Under the pieces are notes generated by a model. That model ran no database searches. It was given only the letters and a program-made list of their open reading frames with translations, and was not told the origin of the DNA. Shown here piece by piece: positions 25,281-42,425 of a DNA stretch of 64,000 nucleotides. The stretch comes from the human T2T-CHM13v2.0 reference genome, Homo sapiens. The stretch is from NCBI RefSeq assembly GCF_009914755.1, contig NC_060930.1, one strand, 5' to 3'. The translations under genes were made by a program, and so were the position numbers. The first letter of the stretch is position 1; every line of letters starts with the position of its first letter.

Positions 25281-27484
25281 TTATATCTCGTTTTAAACAT
25301 GTGAGAAATGGAATCGCAGTGTGATGGTCTGTGTTCATTTTTAGAGTTAATAGATGCCACCAAACTACACTCTAAAGTGTCCACAACCAGCAGAGGGTGA
25401 CAGAATATCCTTATATATATCCTCAAGCACACTTGAGATTATTGAAATTTTAAGTTTTTAGCAGTCATAATGATTCCATTTTATTTTAATTTGCATTTTG
25501 CTGATTACAAGTGAAGTTGAGTTTCTCGTGTGAATATTGGCCATTTGTGTTTTTCTGTGACTTTTTTGTTTATGTCTGTTGTATGTTTTTAAATTCGATT
25601 TGCAATTTTTAAAATGTCTTCTGAGTCCTAATCCTTTCTTATATCTATTGCAAGTATATCCTCATATTTGTCATTTTTCTTTCAACTTTACTTATGGTAT
25701 GCTATTCAAAATTTTTAAGTTTGTATTTACCAATATTCTTGGTCTTTTACAATTTACTTGTTTTGTCTTATTTAAAAACATTACTCAACACATAGTTATG
25801 TATAATCATCTATATTTTTCCCTCAGAGATTCTAGTTTTGCATTCTATATTTTTTTACCATAAATTTGTATGTTTTTAAATTTATAGGCCTTTAACTTAT
25901 GTGGCTCATAGTATTGTGAATAGTTTGAGCTAGAAATCAAGCTTTATGTTATAAGCAGATAGCTAATATTTTTCAAAAATTAATAGTTTGTCCTCTTTGT
26001 TTGTATTTGATACACACTTTTAGCATCTTACAAGTAATATTTTCCCTCTCCCTCTTGAGGAAGTGTTTGTAGGAAATATTGAACAGAATGAAGAATGCAG
26101 ATAAAAAACACCTATAAGGCTAGGTTTTGTGGTAGTACCTATTTGGCTTTGCTGCTTTCCTTTGGCTGGATTTAACATCTGGGAGGGGGGGTCTCAAGAA
26201 TGGAAGAGTTCAGTCAACAACAGCATGATGAGAGGGTTCCCTGTTACCCAGTGGGGAGGAGCTCGAATTGTATTTCAAGAGGAAGCTTTTGCTGAAACTA
26301 TTGCTGATACTGGGTCAGTGCAGGAGTTGAGAATTATCTGTGCACATGTGAGCGTATCATAAAACAGCTGACCTCCTAACTCGTGCTTTTCCAAAGAAGT
26401 GACACATGCTGAAATTATATGTAAATGTCACTGAACTAAACCTCAAAAGAAATGAATTTTATTAATAGCTCTGACATTGTATGTTTTGAGAAGATGCTCA
26501 ATACATATTTTTTATATAACAAGAAAGGCTTCAGCTCTAATAGCTTATTATTTGATTAAGTATTCAGTAACAAAGTACTGGGGAGGATTGCATTTTCTAA
26601 TAATAATACACATTCAAAATATTGGTGCAAGATGTCATTTCAAAAAGAGGTACATTTTTATTTAGCAGCTTCAAGGATAAACTAGAACAGGAAAAATGAC
26701 TATGCTTAGTATGACTCAAATGTTTATTTTATAGATTAAAATAAAGTCAAGAGAAAAATTGAGGTGGACATACCAGTGATTAGTCATTGAGATACGCCCA
26801 ATTATTTCTTGTATGTCTATCAACTCCTAAAAATGATCACTTTGTGGTGAAAATATTCCACATGTATTCTGAAACCGTAAATTAATATTTCCTGATTGGC
26901 TATCCATCTTTTAGATTTAGTGACCATTGGCAACCCTCCCTATTTCACCATAGGCAAAGGTTTGTGCCAACACGTTCACTAGGTTCACAGAAGTTGAAGT
27001 ATTTTGGCTACCTGTCCGGGACATAACAGTAAAACAAACAAAAATTATTTGTGCTGTCATCCTTGTGGATGGAAATAGTAAATTAAATAAACATGTTGGT
27101 AAACTAAATATATGATGTATGTTTAAATAGTGAATATATGTTGATACATCTTAGAAAAACAGGGAAAGGAGAAAGGCATGTATGCATGTGGGGGCAGGAA
27201 AGGCATTATGAAGAAGGTGGTATTTGAATAAACACCTCAAGGAGGTAAAGAATTGGGCCAAGTGGCTCTTTGAGGATAGAGGGAATAATGAACCCTGGGG
27301 TGATAGGGTTCCTACCATGATTAAAGAACAGGAAGGAGGGCAGTGTGACTGGACGAGTGTTAAGGAAGGGGAGAGTTTTAATAGATAAAGTCAGAGAGGT
27401 TATGGGGACCAGATCACATTCTCAAAGACTGGGAAGGTTCTGAGACTTTCACCTACTGGCTAGCTAACTTACTAGCCTGCAACT

Positions 27485-27817
27485 TCTCTTCTTTTCCTTT
27501 TAATTTCAACTTGTATTTTAGGTCCAAGGGTACATGTGCAAGTTTGTTATATGGGTAAAGTGCATGATGCTGAGGTTTGGCGTACAATTGATCCCATCAC
27601 CCAAGTAGTAAGCATAGTACCCAATAGGTAGTTTTTCAGCCCTTGTGCCCCTCCCTCCCTACCCCCTCTAGTAGACCCCAGTGCCTATTGTTCCCATCTT
27701 TATATCTGTTTGTACTCAGTGTTTAGTTCCTACCTATAAGTGAGAACAGGTGGTATTTGGTTTTCTGCTCCTGTATTAATTTGCTTACGATAATGGCCTC
27801 CAGCTGTATCTATGTGC
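27485..27817 (-). mobile_element. L1PA15/16-like 3' end
   Basis: GGGTACATGTGCAAGTTTGTTA...GCATAGTACCCAATAGGTAGTTTTTCA...TAATGGCCTCCAGCTG. Confidence 0.85.
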
Positions 27818-28199
27818 TTGCAACATTTTCAATGATGCTAGTAAGAGACATGAAACTCCAGAGACAAAGGAAAGTTTATTACAGCATTAGCAGTAGCCAA
27901 AGTATCAGCATTTTTTAGTCAATTCTATGAACCTCAGTTCTCTCACGGACCACGTTATAAACATGCATTGGGTTGCTTGGGGAGGAAGTCTGAGGTTAGA
28001 GATCCAAATATTTTTATAATGGGCAGTGAGCATGCTTGCTTTTTGCTCCAAATGAAGACAGTATCTCCATCTTATAAGGCAGTAAGCAAACTGGCTTCTT
28101 GCTCCAAAGGAAGACATTATCCCTGTCTTCCAAGAATATTTTCTACACAAACATATTTGAAAAGATAGCCAAGAACAAAAACAGCCAGTACCTTTAATC

Positions 28200-28506
28200 A
28201 GCAGGTGGAGGCAATTGTCCTAAGCAAATTAACACAGAAACAGAAAACCAAATACTGTGTGTTCTCATAAGTGGGAGCTAAACATTGGATACACATGGAC
28301 ATAAAGATGGGAACAATTGACACTGGGAACTACAAAATCGGGACGAGGCAGATGGGAGTAAGGGTTGAAAAACTATATTGAGTACTATGCTCACTACCTG
28401 GGTGACTGGGTTCAATTGTACCTCCAACCTTAGAATCATGCAGCACACTCTTGTAACAAACCTGCACATGTACCTCCTGAATCTAAAATAAAAGTTGAAA
28501 AAAAAC
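28200..28506 (+). mobile_element. L1PA15/16-like 3' end
   Basis: GGAGGCAATTGTCCTAAGCAAATTAAC...ACAAACCTGCACATGTACC...AATAAAAGTTGAAAAAAA. Confidence 0.85.
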
Positions 28507-29529
28507 TTGTGTAGAAACATGACAGACCAGTAGAAAATTGTCTCTCTACATATTATGGCTATTACATCCATCAAGACTGTCTTATAAGAATGAGATGGGA
28601 AATCATTGGAAAGCTTTGAGCAGAGGAGTGTCATCATCTGATGGAAGTTAAACAATATCGCTTTGGTTGCTGCACTGAGAATACAGTGACGAATGCAAAT
28701 GTGGGAACAGGGCACTCCCTATCAAGAGGTTATTACTATAATACTGGTAAGAAGTGATGGTGGCTTGTATCAGAGAAGTGGCAGTGGAGGTAGTGAAAAG
28801 TCATATTTCAAATATATTTTGAAAAATTGAAAGATCACATGTGGGTAAGAAAGAAGGAGAGGAATCAAGGGTAACTATGGGGTTTTTGTCCTGAGAAACT
28901 AGAAGGATAATGTTGTCATTAACTGAAATGGGGAAGACTGTGGGAGAAGCAGGTATTTTGGAGAAGATGTGGAGCTCAGGTAGGACACATTTGAGATGTT
29001 TTTAAGATGTTCAAGGTGGTGGTTTAGTAGGCTGATGTATGATCTAGAATTTAGTAACTAATAGATCAAGCAACAGAGATCGGTAAGGAATTTAGGAGAT
29101 TTAAACAACACAATCAACATGTTTGATATCATGGACATAGACATAGCATTTGACCTTCCCAATATGCATTCTTGTCAAAAACACACAAAATATATACAAA
29201 TATTTGCTAAATACTGGGCCATAAAACAAGCCTCAAAAATACAAAAGAATTGATATTATATTTACATTTACAGACTTGCTCAAAGCTATGATTCAGAGGA
29301 AAAACATGCTTACTCTGCCTGTGCATCAGTAGCAGGTAGCACGAGGCCTTACATTGCTCAGTTTAATTTGTACCTTTGAAGCTTTTGTTTTGTTTTGGTT
29401 TCTCTGTCTACACCACGTTTGCTGTGTCTGAGTTTACTTTTGAGTTGCTTTAAAAAATCATTTTGTGCAATGGAAACAATGGCGGTTTGAGTGTTGAGGG
29501 TGCTTATAAGAGGTGTGTAATAATGGAAA

Positions 29530-30310
29530 TATAATTTTTTATAACTCACTTTGAAACAATTTTGAACTTATAGATAAGTTGCCATAACAAAAAGAACTCT
29601 CATCTCTTTCACCCAGACTCTCCAATTGTTCCTATTTTATTGCATTTTCTCATCTTTTTCGTTCTCTCATTTCCTGTCTCTGTCTTCCTGTGTCTCTGTC
29701 TGTCTCTGTCACACACACACACACACACACACCCTACTTATTATTAGACCTTTTTCCCAACCTATAAAAACAAGCTAAAGATGCAGTGTCCTACAACTTC
29801 TAAACATTCTAGTCAATGTTTCCCGTAAACAAGGATATTTTCCTATATAATTAGCACTCAAACCTCCAAATCAGGAGTCAACATTGATACAACACTACAA
29901 TCCAACAATCCAATCCATAGGCATGATTCACGTTTCAACTGTTCCAACAAGGTCTCTTTTTCCTTTCTTGTCCAGGATGCCCTTCAGGAATGCGTTACAT
30001 TTAGTTGTCATGTCTCTTCATATTTCTTCAATCTGGAACAGTTCCTCTTACTGTTTTCCATATTCTTGACAGTTTTTAAGAGGCTTTACATCCTGTAGAA
30101 TGACCCTCAACTTAGCTCTATCTGGTGTGTCTGCACGATCGATTCAAACCATGTAATCTTTGTAGAAATGACGTGCACATCAAGAGCTACATAATGTAGA
30201 CCCGTATCACTACAGTTAATACTAAACTTGATTATTGAGCAGATGATCAAATATACAAATAGGAGCAATATTTGGATTTGCCAGGTTTCTTCACTTAAAA
30301 TTCTGTGTTT
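29530..30310 (-). mobile_element. Old L1M (L1MC4/5-like) 3' region, continuing at about 32998-33420 after the L1PA3 insertion
   Basis: CACCCAGACTCTCCAATTGTT, CATTTAGTTGTCATGTCTC, GATTTGGCCAG..AGAGCTCCTTCAAGCTGG motifs. Confidence 0.6.
29670..29732. repeat. (CTGTCT)n / (CA)11 microsatellite
   Basis: Direct reading. Confidence 0.9.
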
Positions 30311-32997
<2,687 letters not shown>

Positions 32998-33426
32998 TTC
33001 TCCATTTTCCCTTGTAATTCATTTCTACGTCAGGCAAAAGTATTCAAAAATTATATCCATATCCTGATCCTCAACTAATCTCCACCCACTAGCAGCATTA
33101 ACTTTCATCGATGACTCCAGCAGGAATTAACTACCTTTTGGAGATCGTTGCTACATACTGATTATCTACTTACATCATTCGTGTTACGTTTATTAGCTGG
33201 AATTCCACTAATAAATAAATGTATGGAAGATCTTTCCTTTTTCTCATCCTCCTTCATTTCCTCTTTCATTTTTCCCTGCCTCCCTCCTTCCTCCCCTCCT
33301 TTCTATCGGTATGGTATCATTATTTTTATTTAATGGATTGTAATCTATTATCATAATTGTTTTGTTTATCAAATTCTCCCTGATTTGGCCAGCTAGAGCT
33401 CCTTCAAGCTGGTTCCTGTGTCCTCC

Positions 33427-33845
33427 TGTCTCAGGTTATTTTTCTAGAAGCAGACTCTGGGATGGAACTTAGTGTATGGGAGGTTTATTGGAGAGTGTGC
33501 TTGGAAGCAACATGTGTGAGGGAGAAAACAGCAAGAGGGAGAAGTTGGCAGCTGATTTCACAGGGAGCTCTGGAGCTCCCTGGAGCTCTTTAGAGTCATT
33601 TCACATTGAAGCAAAGTGGCCAGGTCTTTGGAGCACCCCTCTCTTCCTGTCATCTTCTCTTTAAACAGTTATTGGATTAAAGCTGTCACTGGTGAGGTGG
33701 TGTAACCTTGGACAAGGCAGCTCTCTTCAGTCCTCGTGAGGGACTTACCTTTGAACTCTCTGTTGGCAATATTCCCAAAAGTTGAGGAAGTGAGTACCTC
33801 CATTTAGAAAGGGGTGGGGTGCAGATCTGCATTATGTACCATAAC
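33427..33845. mobile_element. ERVL LTR (LTR33/LTR16-like)
   Basis: TGTCTCAGGTT....CTAGAAGCAGACTCTG...GGAGGTTTATTGG terminus. Confidence 0.55.
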
Positions 33846-33927
33846 ATTCACTTCAAGGAAATTCAACATTGACCTTGCTACTATTTTACTTTATGAATTA
33901 AAAAGTAAACTTATTCCCCCCACCCCC

Positions 33928-34211
33928 AAGACAGAGTCTTGCTCTGTCTCCTAGGCTGGAATGCAGTGGTGTGATCTTGGCTCACTGCAACCTCTACATC
34001 CTGCGTTCAAGCAATTCTCCTGCCTCAGCCTCCTGAGTAGCTGGGATTACAGGTGCATGCCACCACGCCCAGCTATTTTTTTTTTTTTTTTTTTAGTAGA
34101 GACGGGGTTTTGCCATGTTAGCCAGGCTGGTCTCGAACTCCTGACCTCGTGATCCACCCACCTCAGCCTCCCAAAGTGCTGGGATTACAGGTGTGAGCCA
34201 CCATGCCCGGC
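33928..34211 (-). mobile_element. AluS with expanded T-rich linker and no visible A-tail
   Basis: AGACAGAGTCTTGCTCTG...CTGACCTCGTGATCC...GTGAGCCACCATGCCCGGC. Confidence 0.92.
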
Positions 34212-34364
34212 AGAAAGTATTAATTTTCTTATTTATAGCACTTAAGATTACATGAAAATATTCAGCACTTTTGGAACCACAAAAATTCCAAAAAGATAAT
34301 GTGTATAACGAAGTGTAGTCCTAATTAGGTTGAAATGCTATATTCCAGATGTTAATTAAGACCC

Positions 34365-34708
34365 TGATATGGTTTGGCTGTGTCCCCACCCAAGTCTCAT
34401 CTTGAATTCCACATGTTATGGGAGGAACCCAGTGGGAGGTGATTGAGTCATGGGGGCAGGTCTTTCCTGTGCTGTTCTGATAGTGAATAAGTCTCACGAG
34501 ATCTGATGGTTTTAAAATGGGAGTTTCACTGCAGAAGCTCTCTTCTCTTTGCTTGCCACCATCCATGTAAGACGTGACTTGCTCCTCCTTGCCTTCTGCC
34601 ATGATTGTGAGGCCTCTCCAGCCATGTGGAACTGTAAGTCCATTAAACCTCTTTTTCTTCCCAGTTCCAGGTGTGTCTTTATCAGCAGCATGAAAATGGA
34701 CTAATACA
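34365..34708 (+). mobile_element. THE1 (A/B-like) solo LTR
   Basis: TGATATGGTTTGGCTGTGTCCCCACCC...GGACTAATACA; 5-bp TSD GACCC/GATCC. Confidence 0.92.
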
Positions 34709-36127
34709 GATCCTGACTTTTGTTTTCAAAACACTTTGCTTGAAGAGCTGAATATAAGTTGGCACCTCCCATTTCTCTCACCTGGTTTGAAATTCTTATA
34801 ATAAAGCTATGTGTTTAAAAATGTCAGTGTCTCATGTTCCTAGATAAGGGATGGATCTATTTTAAAGATGAGATAGATGAAGAACTATTTAGAATGGATT
34901 CTGTGTTTTGAAACAATGCATAGATAGTTGATACTTTTATTGTTATGTGCATTAAGGTTTTACAGCTTGAGTACTGAAAATTCTGATGCCTTTTGGGTGT
35001 GAATGGGTCTGCCTCTAGAAGCAGAGAGAAGCCACAAATAGGACTTCACAGAAACCACAAATAGGATTCAAAGGACTCTGATTTAGTAAGTAGCATCTAT
35101 CATCATTAAATTAGCTGCTCAACGTTTCCTCTGTTGTTCATTTTGAGGTAGAATTTGGGAAAGGTCCAGGGTTTTCAGTGACTCATACCAAGTTTTTCTG
35201 GCAGTGAATCATCTTTGGGAGACTTTAGAAATCCATATAGGTTAATTAAGAATAAAACGCCACAACTGCTCTTCTTGGATAACTGATCTACTGAGTTCTG
35301 GCCAATAGCTTCAGGGATGGTCAGAGTAAGGGGCTGTTTCAGAAGCGTTAGTGGTTAGTTTTCTGAGAGGAATAATAACTAATAATTCAAGTTACTTCTA
35401 AATTACACAAACTTCACTCATGATCACCACTTTTATGGTCTTTATTATAAATAGAATCCCTCAGAGAGATTAATAATATTTATATTTACTCCTGTTTAAC
35501 AAGTGCAGCATTAACTGGCCAATACCATCTAGTAAAAAAGAAAATAGAATAGGCTGATTAGTGAAGTGGAAACACTTGGATTGCAATGAAGTACCATCTG
35601 ATTTATGAAATCCATAGATTTCTAAAACAATATTTTGAGTAAAGATATGTGTTCTCAAAACACTTAAGGATAAATGATATGGAATATCAAAGGAAGATGT
35701 TTTTAATATGAGCAAAAGATTGCTTCAGGGAGAGCACAGACTGGCATAATATCAAAGATCTAGAAAAAGATTCAAGGATTTGTCACAATTTATTGAAAGG
35801 GCTGAACTTGGTAGGAGTCAGCCAATAAGTAGCTTGATTTTCCCCTGTGATTCCCCTTTGGAGATGTCTGTGAGATCTTTCATTCTCATCCTTGATGGTA
35901 CCTTGGGTAAATTTGTTAGATCTGTTGTCATTTTCAGGTTTCAGTGAAAAGTTCCCATTTTCAGGTACTAAGAGACCCCGTTCAATCTGAATCAAACTGT
36001 CAACATTTCACCTAATTCTAAGCTCCAATCCTTTTTCCACAGCTCATCTGACTCAAATTTAGAAAGCTGTACTAGGGTAGTCAGGGTAGTCGTATGTTTT
36101 TGTTTTGCTGTTTGTACTGGTCCTTAC

Positions 36128-36190
36128 CCTCCTTCTTCACTTTCCGTTCTGCTGGTTTTGGCTTTTCCAAGATCACAATGAGGATAAGTG
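36128..36190 (-). CDS. EYS: EYS alternative 63-bp cassette exon (ALILIVILEKPKPAERKVKKE)
   Basis: - strand cttctcttgtcttcttag| acceptor, GAGG|gtaagg donor, phase 1/1, no stop; peptide matches my recollection of the longer EYS isoform. Confidence 0.88.
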
Positions 36191-36959
36191 CTAAGAAGAC
36201 AAGAGAAGGGTCTTTTTTGTCTGCTGCTATTTGTGGCTCTTTATCAGCAGTCTAATATCTTCTGTCGTGGCAGACACTCTTTGGATCTTTGAAACCTCTT
36301 TAACTCTTCACTTGTACATCTGTCCTGCAGTTCTTGACAAGGCTGATGCTTCTTGGCAGACCATTTATGAATCCAAATCAGCTTTTGCTCTTGTGGGAGG
36401 CCTCCAGCACATTTCCTCTTGAGACAACTTACCTTTCTGGTCAAGGTTTTTTTTTAAGGTGACTCATGCCTGCTTATCTTGGTGTGCACCTCTGTTCCCC
36501 AGCTGCTATACCTCTGGCTTTGCTTTTAGGGAAAGCTACAGCCAGCCTCTTGGCTTTAAGCTACTTTGGATGTGGGTCAGGCACTGGTCTTAAGTCTTCT
36601 GTCACTCCAGGGACATAGGTCTGACTCTGAGATCTTGTTCTCTCATGCTCCACTCCTGTTTCACAGCCAATGTCAGCTCAGCAGAAATTGACAACCCCAG
36701 GAAGGAAATCTTAGGCTTTCCTTGTGGCAAGAGCCTTTACTTTCTTTGAGTACATTTTGATTCCTTTCTCACTCATTTTTTGAGTACATCCTAACCCCTC
36801 TTCCTATGCCAATAATGCTCTTCAAGAAAACCCAAAAAACAAAAACCCCTTTTTTCAGAACCAGTTCTCTTAGATACTACCCCTACCCCACAATATAGGC
36901 TGGGAGCAAATGATGGACCAATGGTACCATCTCTTGGCATACTCTATCTGGATTATCTA

Positions 36960-37410
36960 TCAGTTCTTTTCACTCAGCATAATGCCCTTGAGATCCTGAT
37001 TCAATACATGCCTGATTCATTTCTTTTTATTTCTGAGCAGTATTCCATGGGACAATTCTATAAGATTTGATTAACCATTCATCCATTGAAGGACATTTGG
37101 GTAGTTTTTAGGATTTGGCTATTATAATAATTCTGCTGAGACCATTTGTGTATGTGATTTTGTGTGGACGTAAGTTTTCTTTTTTTTTTCTGTATAAATG
37201 TCCAGCAATGTGATTGCAGGGTTGTATGGTTAATGTATGTTTTGTTTTATAAGAAACTGCCATACTTTTTTCTATAGCGGCTATACCATCTTACATTCTA
37301 ACCAACAATATGTGAGGGATCTAGTTTCTCTATATCCCTGCCAGCATTTGGCATTGTCATTATTTTTTAATTTTAGGTGTTCCAGTAGATGCATAGTGAT
37401 ATCTCATTAT
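36960..37410 (-). mobile_element. Old L1M fragment
   Basis: TTTCACTCAGCATAATG, TTGAAGGACATTTGGG, AAGAAACTGCCA, CCAGCATTTGG. Confidence 0.7.
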
Positions 37411-38725
37411 TCATAAACTGTTTTTAGACTTGTGGGTATACATTATACTTATTATTAACTTTGAGGCCTTGGCCTGAACTTTTAGACAACAGGAAAAATT
37501 TAATATCTCATTGCACAGTGATTCAGACAACCTCTGACTTAGGGTAAGATTTTCCAGGAAGGAATTAGAATTCTAATTAGAATTCAAATATAGTTTGGCA
37601 GGTGTATCAGCTTGCACCTAAGTAATATCTTCTGTTGTGTTTTATATTTGTTGGGCATGTCTGGTAGAATGGTGATGTCTGCCAGAAATCTACTTACATT
37701 TAAGACTTAGAAGTTTCCTAGGAGATTACTCATATCAAAGAAATAGTTTTGCAGACAGGTTTGCCTAGTAACCAAGCATTCAAGTTGTCAGATGGAAGGA
37801 CAGGGCAATTTTTGTGAGCTGCATGATATTTGCCAGTTAGATTGGTTTGCTAATTTGATGCACCGTTTGTCTCCAAAACTATATCCAGATTCAGCATAGG
37901 AAAGTAGAGGAGACTACAATTAAAGATACTAGAAGAGTCATTCTTACTAAGATTCTGGGAGACATTGAGTTTAAAGAAGAACGTTTGAGTATTCTTCAAA
38001 GCAAGCACAATCTAAAAAGGAAGAGAAATCTCCACACTTCTGCCAAAAACAACCAACCAAACAAACAAAATAAACAGTTGAACTCTGGCACTTTGATGTC
38101 TCTAGCAGTAATGGGTGAGGTCCCTGACAGGAGGGTTGTCTGGAGCCACCAGGTTGCAATTTGAGGCAGCAGTAGTGAGGGAAATGGTATGAGAAGATTT
38201 GTAGATGTTATGAGGCAGCATCTTTTGTGACATATTTTCTCATTTTAGGTTTTGAAAATAGTGAAGTACTCCCTGAAAACACACACCAAATAATGAACTA
38301 TAAAAATACTTGGATTATGAATATATTTTAGTGGCTTCTCTTTTCTTTTTATTATAATGTATTTTTTTCTCATGCATACTCCATATCTTGCTTGTGTTCA
38401 AGCATACTTTAATTTTTAATTCATCAGTTAAGCTGTCTTTGAGTTACCATGATATTGGGCATACCTCATTATTTTTTACACCAAATGCATTTTAAAAAGG
38501 AAAAAGGACACTGTTTTATCTTCTTTCTTGCTGCTTTAATGAGGATGGAGGGATAAGTTACAGGCTGGCACATTAAATGTACTACTATGGAAGGACCTTT
38601 TTCTTTATCAGTGTCCCTTCCCTACCCTTAAAATCACTGATCAGGGTCTAGCAGTATCTGCTCCTCAAAACTTGGGACCAAGTGATGGTGTTCCCACTTG
38701 CAATGTCCTCTCATAGCACTTTTAA

Positions 38726-39101
<376 letters not shown>

Positions 39102-39514
39102 TAAATCCAATAGTTGACTTTTGTTTCCAGCAGTATAGTAGATTAGATAACATGATTTACCTCATCTCCATCATGAAAACCACCAAAAATGTTGGATAAA
39201 TTATTTGAAAACATCTTTTCCAATAAATTGATGACCTGGCAAGAAAAAAGAATATTCAGATGCCAAAAAAGGTGAAAAAAGAAAATAGAAGCTAAATAGA
39301 TAAGTAGAATGATAAAGCCAGCTTTTTCCTCGAGCATATTTGCCAAATCTGCTAAATCCAAAGTTTAATCTTCAACTGTTCAAGGACATGTGGACAAGAG
39401 AGAAGCCTAGAAATCACTTCATATGTAAAAGGAGGCTTTCCACCAAAAAACTGGAACCCTAAAGATACACTCAGTGAAAGGGTGAATTAGAAATAAATCA
39501 CCATTATTGCCACA

Positions 39515-39690
39515 GACACACAGGAAGAATGCTATGTTAATACGAGGGCAGAGATTGGAGTGATGCACCTATAGGCAAGGGAATGTTTGGAGCTACCAAA
39601 AGCTGAAAGAGGAAAAGAAGAAACTGCCTCTAGAGGCTTCAAACGAACATGGCCCTGCCAACAACTTGAATTCAGACTTCAGTTGCAACA
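39515..39690 (+). mobile_element. MLT1B/C LTR fragment within degraded L1M 5' sequence
   Basis: GGCAGAGATTGGAGTGATGCA...GGAGCTACCAAAAGCTG...CCTCTAGAGGCTTC. Confidence 0.65.
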
Positions 39691-39949
39691 ACTGAAGTCA
39701 AGGGGACAATGAGATCTTCAATGTGTTGTGAGAAAATAACTGTCAACACACTTTCACAGTCAAAAACAAACTTTCAAGTAAAAGAGCAAAATGCCTATTC
39801 ACATAAAGAGTAATAGATGATATGTCTCTAACAAACACTAAGGAAATTTTAAAGAATGTACTTCATACAGAAAGAAAGTGATTTAGATGGATGTTGGATG
39901 GTCTTATTATATTTTCAAAGAAACAAAGACCAAAATAGTTTAAAAATGT

Positions 39950-40295
39950 ATATTATGGACTAAATATTTCTGTCTTCCCAAATACATATGTTGAAGCCCT
40001 AATCCCCAGTGTGACAGTATTTGGAGATAAGACTTTTACTGAAGTAATTAAGGTTAAATGAGGTTGTGATGTTGGAGTTGTAATCCAGTAGAATTAGTAT
40101 CCTTATAAGAAGAAACACCACAGAGCATGCTCTCTCTCTGTGTGTACCATGTGAGGACACAGGTAGAGCCAGCTGTCTACAAGCCAGGAAGAGAGCCCTT
40201 GCTGGAACCTAACCATTCTGGCACACTGCTCTTAGACTTTCAGCCTCCAGACTGTGAGAAATACATTTTTATTGCTTGAGCCACCCAGTCTGTGG

Positions 40296-40301
<6 letters not shown>
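39950..40301 (+). mobile_element. MLT1A-like LTR, 3' tip missing where it fuses to L1
   Basis: ATATGTTGAAGCCCTAATCCCCAGTGTGAC...CAGCCTCCAGACTGTGAGAAATAC...CCACCCAGTCTGTGGTATTTTG. Confidence 0.8.
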
Positions 40302-42382
<2,081 letters not shown>

Positions 42383-42425
42383 GATACTGGACAAAAGTCA
42401 TCTGTGGATGGACACTTAGGTTGAT

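Larger units (their letters stand above)
27150..29050 (-). mobile_element. L2 split (about 27150-27420 and 28570-29050) by a MER54-like ERVL LTR (about 27420-28555), itself split by two L1 ends
   Basis: L2 antisense GGCAGTGTGACTGGA / TTTGAGCAGAGGAGTG; LTR motifs GCTAACTTACTAGCCTGC, AGAGACAAAGG, ACAAACAT.TTTGAAAAGATAG. Confidence 0.6.
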
